From an uncultured bacterium (lineage in GTDB: Bacteria > Hydrothermota > Tepidihabitantia > Tepidihabitantales > JBDRVQ01), in assembly GCA_964425275.1 (NCBI GenBank), contig CAYRLZ010000019.1, forward strand, positions 1 through 60,629: 60,629 bases of DNA, in the 5' to 3' direction. Position 1 is the stretch's first letter. Every line of letters begins with the position of its first letter. The notes below the pieces were generated by a model. It searched no databases. It was not told the origin of the DNA and saw only the letters and a program-made list of their open reading frames with translations. This document shows, in pieces, positions 36,916-47,034 of the stretch. The position numbers and the translations under genes were made by a program.

Positions 36916-38486
36916 TCAACTTTCTCAACCTCTTTAATCCAGACTTTCTCTTGATACACGGTATAAATGATATTATATTTACCGCTGGTGTGAATCTTCC
37001 CGGTTTCATCAAAAACCGATACCTCTTTTCCTTCTATGTTGTGCGGAAGAAGTTTATCCCCAAGATTAAAGGTAGTATTTGGTGAGAGGAAGAGTGGTAA
37101 GGGGTTTCCTTCGCCAAAAGGGGGCAAGAGGAATACCTCCTTGGGGATTTCCGAGATGGGCAGAACGGCATCCAGATATAAAATTGCTTCCCCTTTATTT
37201 ATCTTTGGTCGAAACTCTCTCTCGCCATATTCTTTTGCCTTTTTAATAAACTCTTCTAAGTTTTTTTCCTCAATAGAAAATCCGCAGGCCTTTTTGTGTC
37301 CCCCCCAATCGATCAAAAGGTGAGAGAATTCTTTTAGCATCGCTAAGAGATTAACCTCATCAATACCCCGACATTCCGCCACCCAGATACTATTTTTCTT
37401 CCCGAAGACAATTACCGGTCGCTGATATTTCTCTTTGAACCGATTGGCGATATAACTCAGTGAGCGTAAGGAGAGGAAGATATTTTTTACCACGACAATT
37501 CCCGGAGATAGGTCTTTTACTGTTTCGGCCAGGGAGTAAGACTCATCGAACTCCCGCCGGAGGCTCTCATAATTTAGGAGCATTTTGTCAAATAGCGATT
37601 TTGCCTCTTTCTCATCGCCAGTCAAAAGAAACCTTACCCCTTCGGTGCCGGCAATCGCCCCGAAGAGAGAAAAGAGGGTAGAGATTTCTTCAAAATTACT
37701 AATCAGTGCTACCCCAGGTCGTTTTGACTCTTTAAATCTCTTTAACCCCTCTTTGACGATTATCCGATTTTCTACCAAGAGCGGCACCCGGTCGGAGATC
37801 GTCCCCAGGGCACTAAAAATTACCAGTTCGGGTTTTAGGTTGACAAATTCGGCTAATTCAATTCCCAGGAGGTCTTTAATTAGGGCACCAGTAAATTTAA
37901 AGGCAACCCCGGCCGCGGCCAGTTCGGGAAAGGGATAATTGCTTTCGGGTAGTTTTGGATTAACAATTGCTACGGCCGGTGGCAATCTCTGAATTACCTC
38001 ATGGTGGTCAATGATTAAAGTATCTATCCCCTTCTCTTTTAACTCCGCCACCTCGGTAAAATTTGTCGTCCCACAGTCAACCGCAACCAATAAATTTATC
38101 CCGGGATATTCTAAGACCTTTGGTGGATACACTCCGTGCTTGAATTCATGCTTTTTGGGGATATAGTGAAAGACCTCACCCCGCAGGTCGCTAATGACCT
38201 CTTTTAAGATGGCGGTAGCGGTAATACCATCCATATCATCGTGTCCCCAGATAAGAATCTTTTCTTTCTGCTTTATCGCTAATTTAATCCTTTCTAAGGC
38301 CAGTTCTGTTTGGGGAAGGCGATTCGTTGGAAAAAGATTTTTTAAGTTAGGGTATAAGAAAACACCAATCGCCGCTTCATCCTCGGCGCCCCTTAAAAGA
38401 AGGGTTCGGAGGATGGCTTCGTTTAATTGGGTGGTCTTCTTTAATTCGGACAATTTTTCTTCATTAACTTCTTTTAACTTCCACAT
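36912..38486 (-). CDS. recJ: single-stranded-DNA-specific exonuclease RecJ (DHH/DHHA1)
   Basis: 524 aa with HDDMDGITA, VDCGT, IIDHH and GGHKKACGF. The stop overlaps the rlmI-like start. Confidence 0.85.
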   Translation of the reverse strand: MWKLKEVNEEKLSELKKTTQLNEAILRTLLLRGAEDEAAIGVFLYPNLKNLFPTNRLPQTELALERIKLAIKQKEKILIWGHDDMDGITATAILKEVISDLRGEVFHYIPKKHEFKHGVYPPKVLEYPGINLLVAVDCGTTNFTEVAELKEKGIDTLIIDHHEVIQRLPPAVAIVNPKLPESNYPFPELAAAGVAFKFTGALIKDLLGIELAEFVNLKPELVIFSALGTISDRVPLLVENRIIVKEGLKRFKESKRPGVALISNFEEISTLFSLFGAIAGTEGVRFLLTGDEKEAKSLFDKMLLNYESLRREFDESYSLAETVKDLSPGIVVVKNIFLSLRSLSYIANRFKEKYQRPVIVFGKKNSIWVAECRGIDEVNLLAMLKEFSHLLIDWGGHKKACGFSIEEKNLEEFIKKAKEYGEREFRPKINKGEAILYLDAVLPISEIPKEVFLLPPFGEGNPLPLFLSPNTTFNLGDKLLPHNIEGKEVSVFDETGKIHTSGKYNIIYTVYQEKVWIKEVEKVE

Positions 38487-38573
38487 AAACTATATATTAA
38501 ATCAAATTAGCCCAAAAATCAAGCAGGCGCAACCTCTAAATTTCAAAACAGTATCGCCCAATGGATAGTTGAG

Positions 38574-38701
38574 CCTGTTAGAAATCCCGATGCCTTGGAG
38601 TAAGGTCTTGGACTTAGTTCCTGCTTCGCGGTAAGGCGTGAGCCTTTGGAATTAATTCATAAGATTTTTATACGAATTAACTCCTGGCCATTTCTAACAG
38701 G
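38574..38701. other. 128-nt element bounded by perfect 12-bp inverted repeats (candidate structured RNA or MITE)
   Basis: CCTGTTAGAAAT (38574-38585) pairs with ATTTCTAACAGG (38690-38701). Internal hairpins are AAGGC-GTGA-GCCTT (GNRA loop) and GGAATTAATTC...GAATTAACTCC. Confidence 0.5.
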
Positions 38702-38702
38702 G

Positions 38703-38730
38703 TTGACTTTTTATACTTTTCTGGGATAAT
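38703..38730 (+). promoter_or_regulatory. sigma-70-type promoter, leaderless geometry
   Basis: TTGACT (38703-38708), 16-nt spacer, GATAAT (38725-38730). The ATG at 38737 lies 6 nt after the -10 element. Confidence 0.55.
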
Positions 38731-38736
38731 ATACCG

Positions 38737-39933
38737 ATGGAAACACTTTTACATTATCTGGCTGTTATTTTTAAGTGGCGGCGATTGATTGTTTCTCTCA
38801 CTTTTATCAGCACCATCGTCGCATTAATCATCAGTCTCCTTTTGCCGGTTCGTTATACCGCTACCGCCCAAATCCTACCACCAACTGAGGAGACTGACCT
38901 ATTGAGTTTCGCTTCGCCTCTCTATAATATCCAGGCAAGGACATTAAGTCGGACGCGTCTCCTCTTTTCTCAATCCACACCTTCGGACCTTATTGGGGCG
39001 ATGTTTAAAAGCCGCACCGTGATGGAGGGGGTAATTAGGGAGTGTGATTTAATGAAGGTCTTTAAATTAAAGAAGCCGAGTATGGAGAAGGCGACTCGGT
39101 TCTTAAAAAAGATGACCGATGTCTCGGTATCGGATGAAGGGATAATAAGGGTTAGTGTTGAGGCACGAACACCTCAGTTAGCCGCGGCGATTACTAACCA
39201 ATACATAAAGGAGGTGGATAGATTTTTAAGGGAGTCGGTAATGAGTCGCGGAAAGAATATGCGATTTTTTATTGAGGGCCGGCTTGCCGAAGCGGAAAGG
39301 GAATTGAAGGTTGCCCAGGAATCGCTTCTGGTATTTCAGAAACGACATAATGTTGGTGTGTTGGATGAAGAGACGAAATCGGTAGTTGAAGCGTATGCGA
39401 AGTTAAAGTCACAACTGATTGTTAAAGAAGCCACCTTAGGAGTAATCCGGAATTTTTCCGAAGGGGGAAATCCACTATTAGAGAATACCCAGCGGGATGT
39501 TACGGAATTAAAAAAGAAGTTGCAGGAGATGGAAACCGGATATAGCGGAGGATATGGACTCGGTTTTGCGGTTCCGTTTAAGCGACTACCAGAACTTATG
39601 GCAGAATATACCCGACGCTACTTAGAGTGTAAGATTAAACAAGAGGTCTATGCCCTTCTTTCCCAGCAGTATGAGCAGGCCAAGATTACCGAGGCCCGAG
39701 ATACACCGGCAATTACGGTCTTAGATTATGCCCGCCTCCCCGAGAAAAAATCTTACCCGAAGCGGGCTTTAATTGTGCTCGGTAGTTTTATTATTTCCCT
39801 TACAGTGAGCATAGTTATTGCTTTTATTCAGGAATATCTCCAAACCAAAGCAGATGATAATATAAAAGGGAAGTTGATCAATCTAAGAGAGGCGATTGTC
39901 TCGGATTGGCATAGGATTTTTAAGAGGAAATAG
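38737..39933 (+). CDS. polysaccharide chain-length determinant (Wzz/GumC-like) protein
   Basis: 398 aa with N- and C-terminal TM helices flanking a coiled-coil periplasmic domain. It is the first gene of the polysaccharide locus. Confidence 0.7.
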   Translation: METLLHYLAVIFKWRRLIVSLTFISTIVALIISLLLPVRYTATAQILPPTEETDLLSFASPLYNIQARTLSRTRLLFSQSTPSDLIGAMFKSRTVMEGVIRECDLMKVFKLKKPSMEKATRFLKKMTDVSVSDEGIIRVSVEARTPQLAAAITNQYIKEVDRFLRESVMSRGKNMRFFIEGRLAEAERELKVAQESLLVFQKRHNVGVLDEETKSVVEAYAKLKSQLIVKEATLGVIRNFSEGGNPLLENTQRDVTELKKKLQEMETGYSGGYGLGFAVPFKRLPELMAEYTRRYLECKIKQEVYALLSQQYEQAKITEARDTPAITVLDYARLPEKKSYPKRALIVLGSFIISLTVSIVIAFIQEYLQTKADDNIKGKLINLREAIVSDWHRIFKRK

Positions 39934-39940
39934 TGGCGGG

Positions 39941-40894
39941 ATGTGGTCTTTAAAAACTCAAAACTGGCCTCTGATTACTATTGGGATATTGACCTATAAT
40001 CGGAAGGAAGAATTAGAGAAGACCCTTAGAATAATCTTGGAGAGCAACTACCCTTTTAAGGAGGTTATTGTTGTAGATAACGGTTCGGCGGATGGGACCG
40101 GGGAGTTTATCCAAAACAAATTCCCGGTGGTTAAGGTAGTGAGGTTAGAAGAGAATATTGGGGTGGCGGCGCGGAATATATTCCTTTTTAGCGGCCGGGG
40201 GAAATATATCTTCCAATACGACGATGATTCTCAACCCTACGATAAAAATACTATTTGGAAAATTGTTCGCTTCTTAGAGAGACGAAGGGATATTGATGTC
40301 TTATGCACAAATGTGATAAATTCCTATACCGCGGTATCGGAGACAGAAGATTGGCGAATCTTCGCTTGGGGCGGAAATTCTCAGGATGGATATTTAGGGC
40401 ACTTTGTTCACGGCTCGGGACTGGTCATCCGACAATCGGTCTTAGAAGGGATTTCTGGTTATCCCAAAAACTTCTTTTGGGGATTTGAAGAAGCGGATAT
40501 TACTTTGCAATTTCTCTCAAAGAAAGCAAGGATTGTCTATAAACCGGACCTAATCACTCTCCATCGCAAAAAGAGTCGTTATTTTGAGAGCGGTCAAGAG
40601 ACATTCTATTATGTGAGGAATGGGATTTGGCTCTTCTGGAAATATTTTCCTACTTTTATCGCCTTTCCTCTAATTTTGATGTGGATATTCAAAAAAGGTC
40701 TTAGAAAGCCTAACCATATTAGAGAATGGGCAAAAGGAGTGCGGGACGGCTTGAAGGGGATCCCGGAATTAGAGAGAAACATTACCTTTGGATTCATTGC
40801 AAAAAGAGGATTAATCAAGTGGGCTCTCCACACATTATTTCCCCTGCCCCTTTTGAAAATCTTTAAAAACTCAAAACTCAAAACTCAAAACTAA
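39941..40894 (+). CDS. family 2 glycosyltransferase
   Basis: I prefer ATG 39941. The segment ITIGILTYNRKEELEKTL...VIVVDNGSADGT is the GT2 signature. Confidence 0.8.
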   Translation: MWSLKTQNWPLITIGILTYNRKEELEKTLRIILESNYPFKEVIVVDNGSADGTGEFIQNKFPVVKVVRLEENIGVAARNIFLFSGRGKYIFQYDDDSQPYDKNTIWKIVRFLERRRDIDVLCTNVINSYTAVSETEDWRIFAWGGNSQDGYLGHFVHGSGLVIRQSVLEGISGYPKNFFWGFEEADITLQFLSKKARIVYKPDLITLHRKKSRYFESGQETFYYVRNGIWLFWKYFPTFIAFPLILMWIFKKGLRKPNHIREWAKGVRDGLKGIPELERNITFGFIAKRGLIKWALHTLFPLPLLKIFKNSKLKTQN

Positions 40895-40899
40895 CTTAG

Positions 40900-42015
40900 A
40901 TGAAAGTTCTCTTTGCCTTTGGCACAAGACCGGAGGCGATAAAACTTGCCCCGGTGATAAAGGAGATGGAAAAGTATAAAAAAGAGTTTGAGGTGGAGAT
41001 ATGTATTACTGGTCAACACCGCAAAATGCTTGATGAGGTCCTAGCAATATTTTCGCTTAAACCAACCTACGACTTAAATATTATGCGGGAAGACCAGACC
41101 CTTTTTGATATTAATACTCGGGTATTAAGGGGATTTGAAGATATCTTAGAGAGGAGTAAACCTCGCTACCTTATCGTCCAGGGTGACACAACAACCGCCT
41201 TCGCCTCGGCACTGGCTGCCTTCTACAAAAAGATAAAGGTTGCCCATATTGAAGCCGGTTTAAGAACTTATGATAAATATACCCCTTTTCCCGAAGAGAT
41301 GAACCGGAGGTTTATTAGCCTTATCGCCGACCTCCACTTTGCTCCTACCGCTGGCGCCAAGAGAAACCTCTTACAGGAGGGGATAGCCGAAGATAAAATT
41401 TTTGTTACGGGAAACACAGTAATTGACGCCTTATTTATGATAAAAGAAAAAACGAGTATTTTAACTGCCCGGCAATTAAAAGTGTGGAATAAAATCCAGT
41501 CCGGTAAAATCATCGTCGTCACTTTTCACCGAAGAGAAAATTTCGGAAAACCGGTTTTGGCAATCTGTCGGATAATAAAAGAAATCGTGAGAAGATATAA
41601 GGATGTTTGGGTCTTTTTCCCGGTCCACCCTAACCCTAATATCAAAAGACCGATTTATCAAAGACTTAAAGGCAAGCCTCGGGTCTTTTTAAGTCCACCG
41701 CTGGATTATGCCTCTTTTATCGGACTCTTAGAAAAGGCCTCACTCATTCTGACCGACTCCGGTGGCATTCAAGAAGAGGCGACCGCTTTGGGTAAACCCG
41801 TGCTTGTCTTGCGCGAAAAGACCGAGAGACCGGAGGCGATAGAATATGGCATAGGTAAGTTGGTTAAAGGAAATTGGGAGCGAGCCTTCCCGGATATTGA
41901 TAAAATGCTTGTAAAAAAACACAGACTAAAAACACCTATGAGGTGTCCATTTGGTGATGGGCAGGCGGCAAAAAGGATTGTGGCGGTATTTCGCTCTGCT
42001 CGCGAAAGACTTTGA
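40900..42015 (+). CDS. wecB: UDP-N-acetylglucosamine 2-epimerase (non-hydrolysing)
   Basis: 371 aa with FGTRPEAIKLAPV, VQGDTTT, HIEAGLRT and DSGGIQEEA. Confidence 0.92.
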   Translation: MKVLFAFGTRPEAIKLAPVIKEMEKYKKEFEVEICITGQHRKMLDEVLAIFSLKPTYDLNIMREDQTLFDINTRVLRGFEDILERSKPRYLIVQGDTTTAFASALAAFYKKIKVAHIEAGLRTYDKYTPFPEEMNRRFISLIADLHFAPTAGAKRNLLQEGIAEDKIFVTGNTVIDALFMIKEKTSILTARQLKVWNKIQSGKIIVVTFHRRENFGKPVLAICRIIKEIVRRYKDVWVFFPVHPNPNIKRPIYQRLKGKPRVFLSPPLDYASFIGLLEKASLILTDSGGIQEEATALGKPVLVLREKTERPEAIEYGIGKLVKGNWERAFPDIDKMLVKKHRLKTPMRCPFGDGQAAKRIVAVFRSARERL

Positions 42016-42021
42016 GTTATC

Positions 42022-43497
42022 TTGAATAAAGACCAACACCCAATTTTAGTGAAAGAAGAAGTTGCCGGGAAAATTGGGAAGAATACATCTCTCTTAGCCC
42101 TCTCCGATATTTTCGGTAAATTTTTCTTCTTCCTCTATTTCGCCTTAGCGGCCAGAAGTTTGGGGGTGGAGAGATTCGGTAGTATCTCTTTTGCCACCGG
42201 CTTAGTTAATTTTTGCCTAATATTTATTGACTTAGGTGCATGCTTTTTTATCGTTAGAGAAGTAGCCCGAGATTTCAAACAAATCAAGGAGAACGTTAGA
42301 GAGTTTTTTGGGTTACGTATCCTTTTAGCCTTTCTTACCATAATTATGATTGCGATATTAATAAGACTTTTCAACCGGCCAAGCGAGGATGTGAAGATTA
42401 TAATTATTGTCTCTTCGACACTGCTCTTTAATGCTAATTTGCTATTGTTGAACTCCCTATTCCAGGCGTTGGAAAAAATGGAATATATCGCCTTATCAAG
42501 AATTTTATTGGGGGCAATGCTGGCGATTGGTGCCTTTCTTTGTTATAAGGTCTTTAGGGCGGGGACTTCTTTTGCTTTTGTTTATACCCTCTCCTTTTTT
42601 CTTGCCTTTTGTTTTAATTATATTATCCTTGCTAAAAATTATACCCGCCTGACGCCGGTTTTTAACCTAAAGGCTTTCGTCCAAATTCTAAGAAAGATTT
42701 TGCCCTTTACCCTTACTACAATCTTTGCCACCTCCTATTATTGGTTTGGTATTATTCTTTTATCATTGTATCAAGACAATACCGCTATCGGCTATTACAA
42801 TGCCCCTTTTCGTTTGGCACTGGGTTTAACCTTTGTGCCGGTAGCTTTTGCCGGTGCCCTCTATCCGTTATTATCAAGATATTTTAAGGAAGGCCAAATT
42901 GACGAGATGAAAAAAATCCTCTTCAATAGTATAAGGTTTATCTTTTTTGTGGGATTTTTGGTGGCAATTTTTGTTACCCTCTTTGCCCAAAAGATAATTT
43001 TAATATTGTACGGCTCAAACTTTCAGCCTTCGGTGCCCGTATTCCAGATAATAATCTGGTGGGTCTTTTTTATTTACCTCAATACGGTTTTAGTCCACTT
43101 TCTTTATTCAATCAACTCCCAAATTGTCGTTACTAAACAGGCCGGGATAGCGGTTTTAATCAACCTTTTAGCCAACTTCTTTTTGATTCCCCTTCTTTCA
43201 AGTAAGGGGGTAGCGGTTGCTCTTATTTTGGGTGAGGCCGCGAGTTTCCTTTACCTTTTTATCAATCTCTTCCGGAGAGGATTTATTTATAAATTCCGGG
43301 ATTATCTCTTTATCTTAATAAAGGTCCTCCCTTTCGGGATTATTATCTACCTCGTTTTTGCGTTCCGCTTGCCTTTTTTTGCCCAAATCTCTTCGCTTTT
43401 TATTATCTATCTCCTTTGGGCTTATTTTTGCCGGTTAATCACCAAGGGTGATTATGAGATGCTTCGGGGAATGTTCAAGACGAAGAGATGCAGTTAA
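42022..43497 (+). CDS. wzx: polysaccharide flippase (Wzx-like, MOP superfamily)
   Basis: 491 aa polytopic membrane protein with a TTG start. Position is typical for the locus. Confidence 0.7.
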   Translation: MNKDQHPILVKEEVAGKIGKNTSLLALSDIFGKFFFFLYFALAARSLGVERFGSISFATGLVNFCLIFIDLGACFFIVREVARDFKQIKENVREFFGLRILLAFLTIIMIAILIRLFNRPSEDVKIIIIVSSTLLFNANLLLLNSLFQALEKMEYIALSRILLGAMLAIGAFLCYKVFRAGTSFAFVYTLSFFLAFCFNYIILAKNYTRLTPVFNLKAFVQILRKILPFTLTTIFATSYYWFGIILLSLYQDNTAIGYYNAPFRLALGLTFVPVAFAGALYPLLSRYFKEGQIDEMKKILFNSIRFIFFVGFLVAIFVTLFAQKIILILYGSNFQPSVPVFQIIIWWVFFIYLNTVLVHFLYSINSQIVVTKQAGIAVLINLLANFFLIPLLSSKGVAVALILGEAASFLYLFINLFRRGFIYKFRDYLFILIKVLPFGIIIYLVFAFRLPFFAQISSLFIIYLLWAYFCRLITKGDYEMLRGMFKTKRCS

Positions 43498-44846
43498 AGA
43501 AAGCTCACCTATTCGTTATCATATTACTATTAGTTAATCTAATCTATTTTCTAACAATACTTTTTCTTAAAGATATTTTAGCGGCAACTCTTTTTGTCTT
43601 TTCCTTATTCTTTTTACTTTCCCTTCCTTTCGTCTTTACCCCAATTCGTCTAACTATTTATTTTTCTCTCCTTCTCCCGATTGCCGGTATCGGGTTTTTA
43701 CCCCCGGCTTTCCGTGAGGTATTCCTTTATCTTTTATTCGCTACCTCGGGCATTTTCTTTTTCCTCTCAGGCGCCCTCGTGTCCGACAAAGATTTCACCC
43801 ATCCCCTTAAACCTTTTCTCTTCATAATCTTTCTATCACTTCTCGTCTCATTTTTTTATGCCTTACTAAGAGAGTGGACTTATCCTTATCTCTTTAAGGG
43901 GACACTCTGGACGATAGAGTTCCTTTTAATTATTTACTTTCTGCCCCGGTACTTAAATAATTCAAGACAACTGAAAAAGGTCTTATCCTTTTTTCTTTTG
44001 GGCCTTTTTCTTTCTACCATCTTATTTATCCCGGCCGCCTTTCGGACTACGGGCAAGGGGTTAGTGAGCATCGCCGGGATAGTGTATAATCTTAATGCCA
44101 TCGGTATGTTTCTCGCTCCCTTATCAATCTTCACCTTAACCCTCATCCCCCAAGTGAGCGGGGGCAAGAGGATATTTTATAGCTTACTCGTCTGCCTTCT
44201 AATAATTGCTTTGGTCTTGACCAAATCGCGCGGTGCCTGGATTGGCTTTTTGGTTGGGTTGTTTTATTTAATTATTGTGACTAAATCCTTTCGCATTCTC
44301 CCTTATCTTGTAATCATCGCCTTTGCGATTAGCATCTATGGCTTAAAAGATATCGTGGCGGCCCGGACCTTGCAGACTAATCCTTATGACCCTTCACTGC
44401 TTATGAGGCTCTACTTATGGCAAACCACCCTAAGAGTAATTGCCGATAACTTCTTCACCGGTATCGGGTTTAATAACTTCAATATCCTCAAATACTCCTA
44501 TGGGTTTTTCCGGACCTTTGACCCACTTAAAGTCTTTAACACACATAATCTCTTTTTAGAGATACTGGTCACCTTTGGTCTTCTTGGGTTCATTGGATTC
44601 TTTGGGGCAATCTTTGCGACGATTAGAAAGATGAGCATCCTTTTCAAAAAAAAGAGAGAGACATCCTATATTGCCTTAGCGACCGCTAATGCCTTAATCG
44701 CTATTTTGGTGCATGGTTTATGGGACGCCTGTCTTTGGTTTAGTCCGGTTTTTCTCCTTCTCGGTTTTCTCTTAGGATTGGGTGCTACCCTTTCCGTTGA
44801 CCGGCAACCAATACCGGATTCCGGGGAAGGGGCTACGGGCTTGTGA
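43488..44846 (+). CDS. O-antigen ligase/polymerase family (Wzy-like) membrane protein
   Basis: 452 aa polytopic protein. The segment LTKSRGAWIGFLVG is typical of the Wzy_C/O-antigen ligase domain. Confidence 0.7.
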   Translation: MQLKKAHLFVIILLLVNLIYFLTILFLKDILAATLFVFSLFFLLSLPFVFTPIRLTIYFSLLLPIAGIGFLPPAFREVFLYLLFATSGIFFFLSGALVSDKDFTHPLKPFLFIIFLSLLVSFFYALLREWTYPYLFKGTLWTIEFLLIIYFLPRYLNNSRQLKKVLSFFLLGLFLSTILFIPAAFRTTGKGLVSIAGIVYNLNAIGMFLAPLSIFTLTLIPQVSGGKRIFYSLLVCLLIIALVLTKSRGAWIGFLVGLFYLIIVTKSFRILPYLVIIAFAISIYGLKDIVAARTLQTNPYDPSLLMRLYLWQTTLRVIADNFFTGIGFNNFNILKYSYGFFRTFDPLKVFNTHNLFLEILVTFGLLGFIGFFGAIFATIRKMSILFKKKRETSYIALATANALIAILVHGLWDACLWFSPVFLLLGFLLGLGATLSVDRQPIPDSGEGATGL

Positions 44847-45921
44847 GGGTCTCTTGGATAAAATCAAATATCTCGGCGGCGGTCTTTTCCCAGGTAAATA
44901 ATTTCGCCCGAAAAGAAGATTTCTCTTTTAATTCCTCCCTTAATTTTTTATCAAAAATAGCCCTTAAAAGAGAGGTGGTTAACTCATCCAAAGAATTGGG
45001 ATTAAAGTAAATAACCGCATCTCCCCCAATCTCCACCAAACTGGGGAGATTGCTACATATCACCACCGCGCGGGAAGCCAAGGCCTCCAAGACCGGTAAG
45101 CCAAATCCTTCGTAAAGAGAAGGGAAGACAAAGCAGGCACAATTTGAGTAAAGCCAATGGAGTTCTTTCTCTGGTAATTCTTGAAAGATAAAAACCCTTT
45201 CTTTTAGATGTTGTGAGGATATGAAGGAACTAATATCTTGAATCTGCTTTGGTGTGCCCCAACCAACTAAGAGTAATCGGTGGGGGAGTTCTTCCCGAAG
45301 TTTGCTGTAAGCCAAAAGAAGGGTCTTAATATTCTTATAAGGGGCAAACCCACCAACATAGAGGATATAAGGAATGTATTCCTCATACTTTAAGATGCGT
45401 GGGAAACTTTTGGCAACCTCCACACCGGGATAGATAACCTTTATTCTTTTAATTCCCGTAAATATTTTCAGTTCTTTTAGGTTATTTAGCGTGTGATGCG
45501 AATCGGTTATTACCCCCTTTGCTCTCTTTAAGGTCTGAAGGGTAGAAAAGAAGAACAACTTATATTCAGGAGAATGGTACTTAGACATCATCAGAGGAAT
45601 TAAATCGTGCACCACCGCAACCACCGGGATATCCACGAATATTGGAACTTCCGGGAGGGGCATAAAGAGGAGATTAATCTTATCCTCTTTTGTCAACCAG
45701 GGGAGAGAAAACTGTTCCCAGGAAAACCTTTTAAGATGGGTATCAATCTTTGAAGGATGGATTTTCCTTATTTCCACCCCTAATTGCCTAAAATCTTCAT
45801 CCACTGATGTGTAGACGACAAGCGGGGTTAGTCTTGATAGATATTTTATAACCTTCCGGGTATAAGTTTGGATGCCGGTGCTCGTCTTTCTGGGGAATGG
45901 GTCTACTATCCCGATTTTCAT
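44833..45921 (-). CDS. family 4 (GT-B) glycosyltransferase
   Basis: 362 aa with PSLYEGFGLPVLEALA (E-x7-E region). Confidence 0.85.
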   Translation of the reverse strand: MKIGIVDPFPRKTSTGIQTYTRKVIKYLSRLTPLVVYTSVDEDFRQLGVEIRKIHPSKIDTHLKRFSWEQFSLPWLTKEDKINLLFMPLPEVPIFVDIPVVAVVHDLIPLMMSKYHSPEYKLFFFSTLQTLKRAKGVITDSHHTLNNLKELKIFTGIKRIKVIYPGVEVAKSFPRILKYEEYIPYILYVGGFAPYKNIKTLLLAYSKLREELPHRLLLVGWGTPKQIQDISSFISSQHLKERVFIFQELPEKELHWLYSNCACFVFPSLYEGFGLPVLEALASRAVVICSNLPSLVEIGGDAVIYFNPNSLDELTTSLLRAIFDKKLREELKEKSSFRAKLFTWEKTAAEIFDFIQETLTSP

Positions 45922-45928
45922 AGGGTTC

Positions 45929-47008
45929 TTATAATTTAATTCTTATCTCCCCCCTTTTTCCTAATTCCCCGACTAAATCAATACTTATATCCAAGAATTT
46001 TTTAATCGTCCAGATATTGGTGATGAGGTGATTGGTAATCCGGCTGGTGGTAAAAGAAATCTCGTTTTCTTTTTTCTTTCCAACAGAGAGCGCCAGAAAT
46101 AGTAAAATCTGGTCGGCGAGGTGCGGGTCAAATACCGCATCACTCTCATAGTAGGATAAGAACTCCTTGACCGCTTCCTCGGCTACTTTCTCCGCTGGTT
46201 TCCCTCGCTCGCCGAGTGAAGAGAAGCCAGCAATTATATTAGAAAACTCTGCCTTAATGAATAGATAAGTCCCCGGACAATTTGCCGATACCCGATCTAC
46301 GATTTTTTCGGTTCGCAGAGAGGGAGAGTTTGCCGAGAGGTCTTTTAAAAGTTCTTCGGTCCGACGCATCTGTCTTTCGGCAATACTTAGGGGAAGATTC
46401 GCCACTCGGGAGACAATTTTTAGAACCCGTGCCTCGCCTCGTTTAAGAGATTTGTTTATGGGAAACGGAGATTGATTCCGAATTGGGGCGGAAGATTTAA
46501 TAATTATCTCACCGCCACCAACCGGATAAAACCCATACCTTCTTATTAGGGCCTCGGCATCATAACCCAAATTTCTAATTACGGGTAAGAGGACTTCATT
46601 TAGGTAATCAAATATTGGGCTTTTGGGGACATGGGTGCCACCGCTTAATCGGACAGTTGATTTGCCCTTGCCAAAAAAGAGAATCGGTAGAATAGATTGG
46701 GCGACTAATGTGGTCGCCCCGGCACTTCCCCTTTCTTCTGCCACATTAAATTCGTAATCCCCAGAGGAAATTTCCCCAGGAGAAAAGGTAAGGACTAAAG
46801 AATTAAATTTATCACCCTCCACTTGGGCATTAGTTATTTTGGCTACCGCCTTGACACCGGTTAGATGTTGGGCTAACAAGCCGGGTTTCTTTCTCCCTTT
46901 ACGGATATTATAAATCTTAAAGGGTCTCTTTAAAATCGCCGAGAGGGCCAGGGCGGTTCTTAAAATCTGCCCGCCGCCTTCACCAAAAGAACCGTCAATC
47001 TCAATCAA
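45929..47008 (-). CDS. rtcA: RNA 3'-terminal phosphate cyclase
   Basis: 359 aa with [22 protein letters not shown] and GGTHV, the RtcA signature. Confidence 0.9.
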   Translation of the reverse strand: MIEIDGSFGEGGGQILRTALALSAILKRPFKIYNIRKGRKKPGLLAQHLTGVKAVAKITNAQVEGDKFNSLVLTFSPGEISSGDYEFNVAEERGSAGATTLVAQSILPILFFGKGKSTVRLSGGTHVPKSPIFDYLNEVLLPVIRNLGYDAEALIRRYGFYPVGGGEIIIKSSAPIRNQSPFPINKSLKRGEARVLKIVSRVANLPLSIAERQMRRTEELLKDLSANSPSLRTEKIVDRVSANCPGTYLFIKAEFSNIIAGFSSLGERGKPAEKVAEEAVKEFLSYYESDAVFDPHLADQILLFLALSVGKKKENEISFTTSRITNHLITNIWTIKKFLDISIDLVGELGKRGEIRIKL

Positions 47009-47034
47009 AGTAAAAAGGGTTAAAAACTAAGCGC

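Noticed and set aside
37036-38568. The + strand ORFs opposite recJ (37036-37323, 37585-37938 and 38194-38568).
   Set aside because: They are antisense to a DHH/DHHA1 RecJ-like gene with clear motifs.
38574-38701. Assigning the inverted-repeat element to 6S RNA, SRP RNA or a riboswitch class.
   Set aside because: I could not find conserved sequence motifs of these families (for example no SRP GGAA/AGCA domain IV pattern). The size and closing stem alone are not diagnostic, so it is left as an unclassified candidate.
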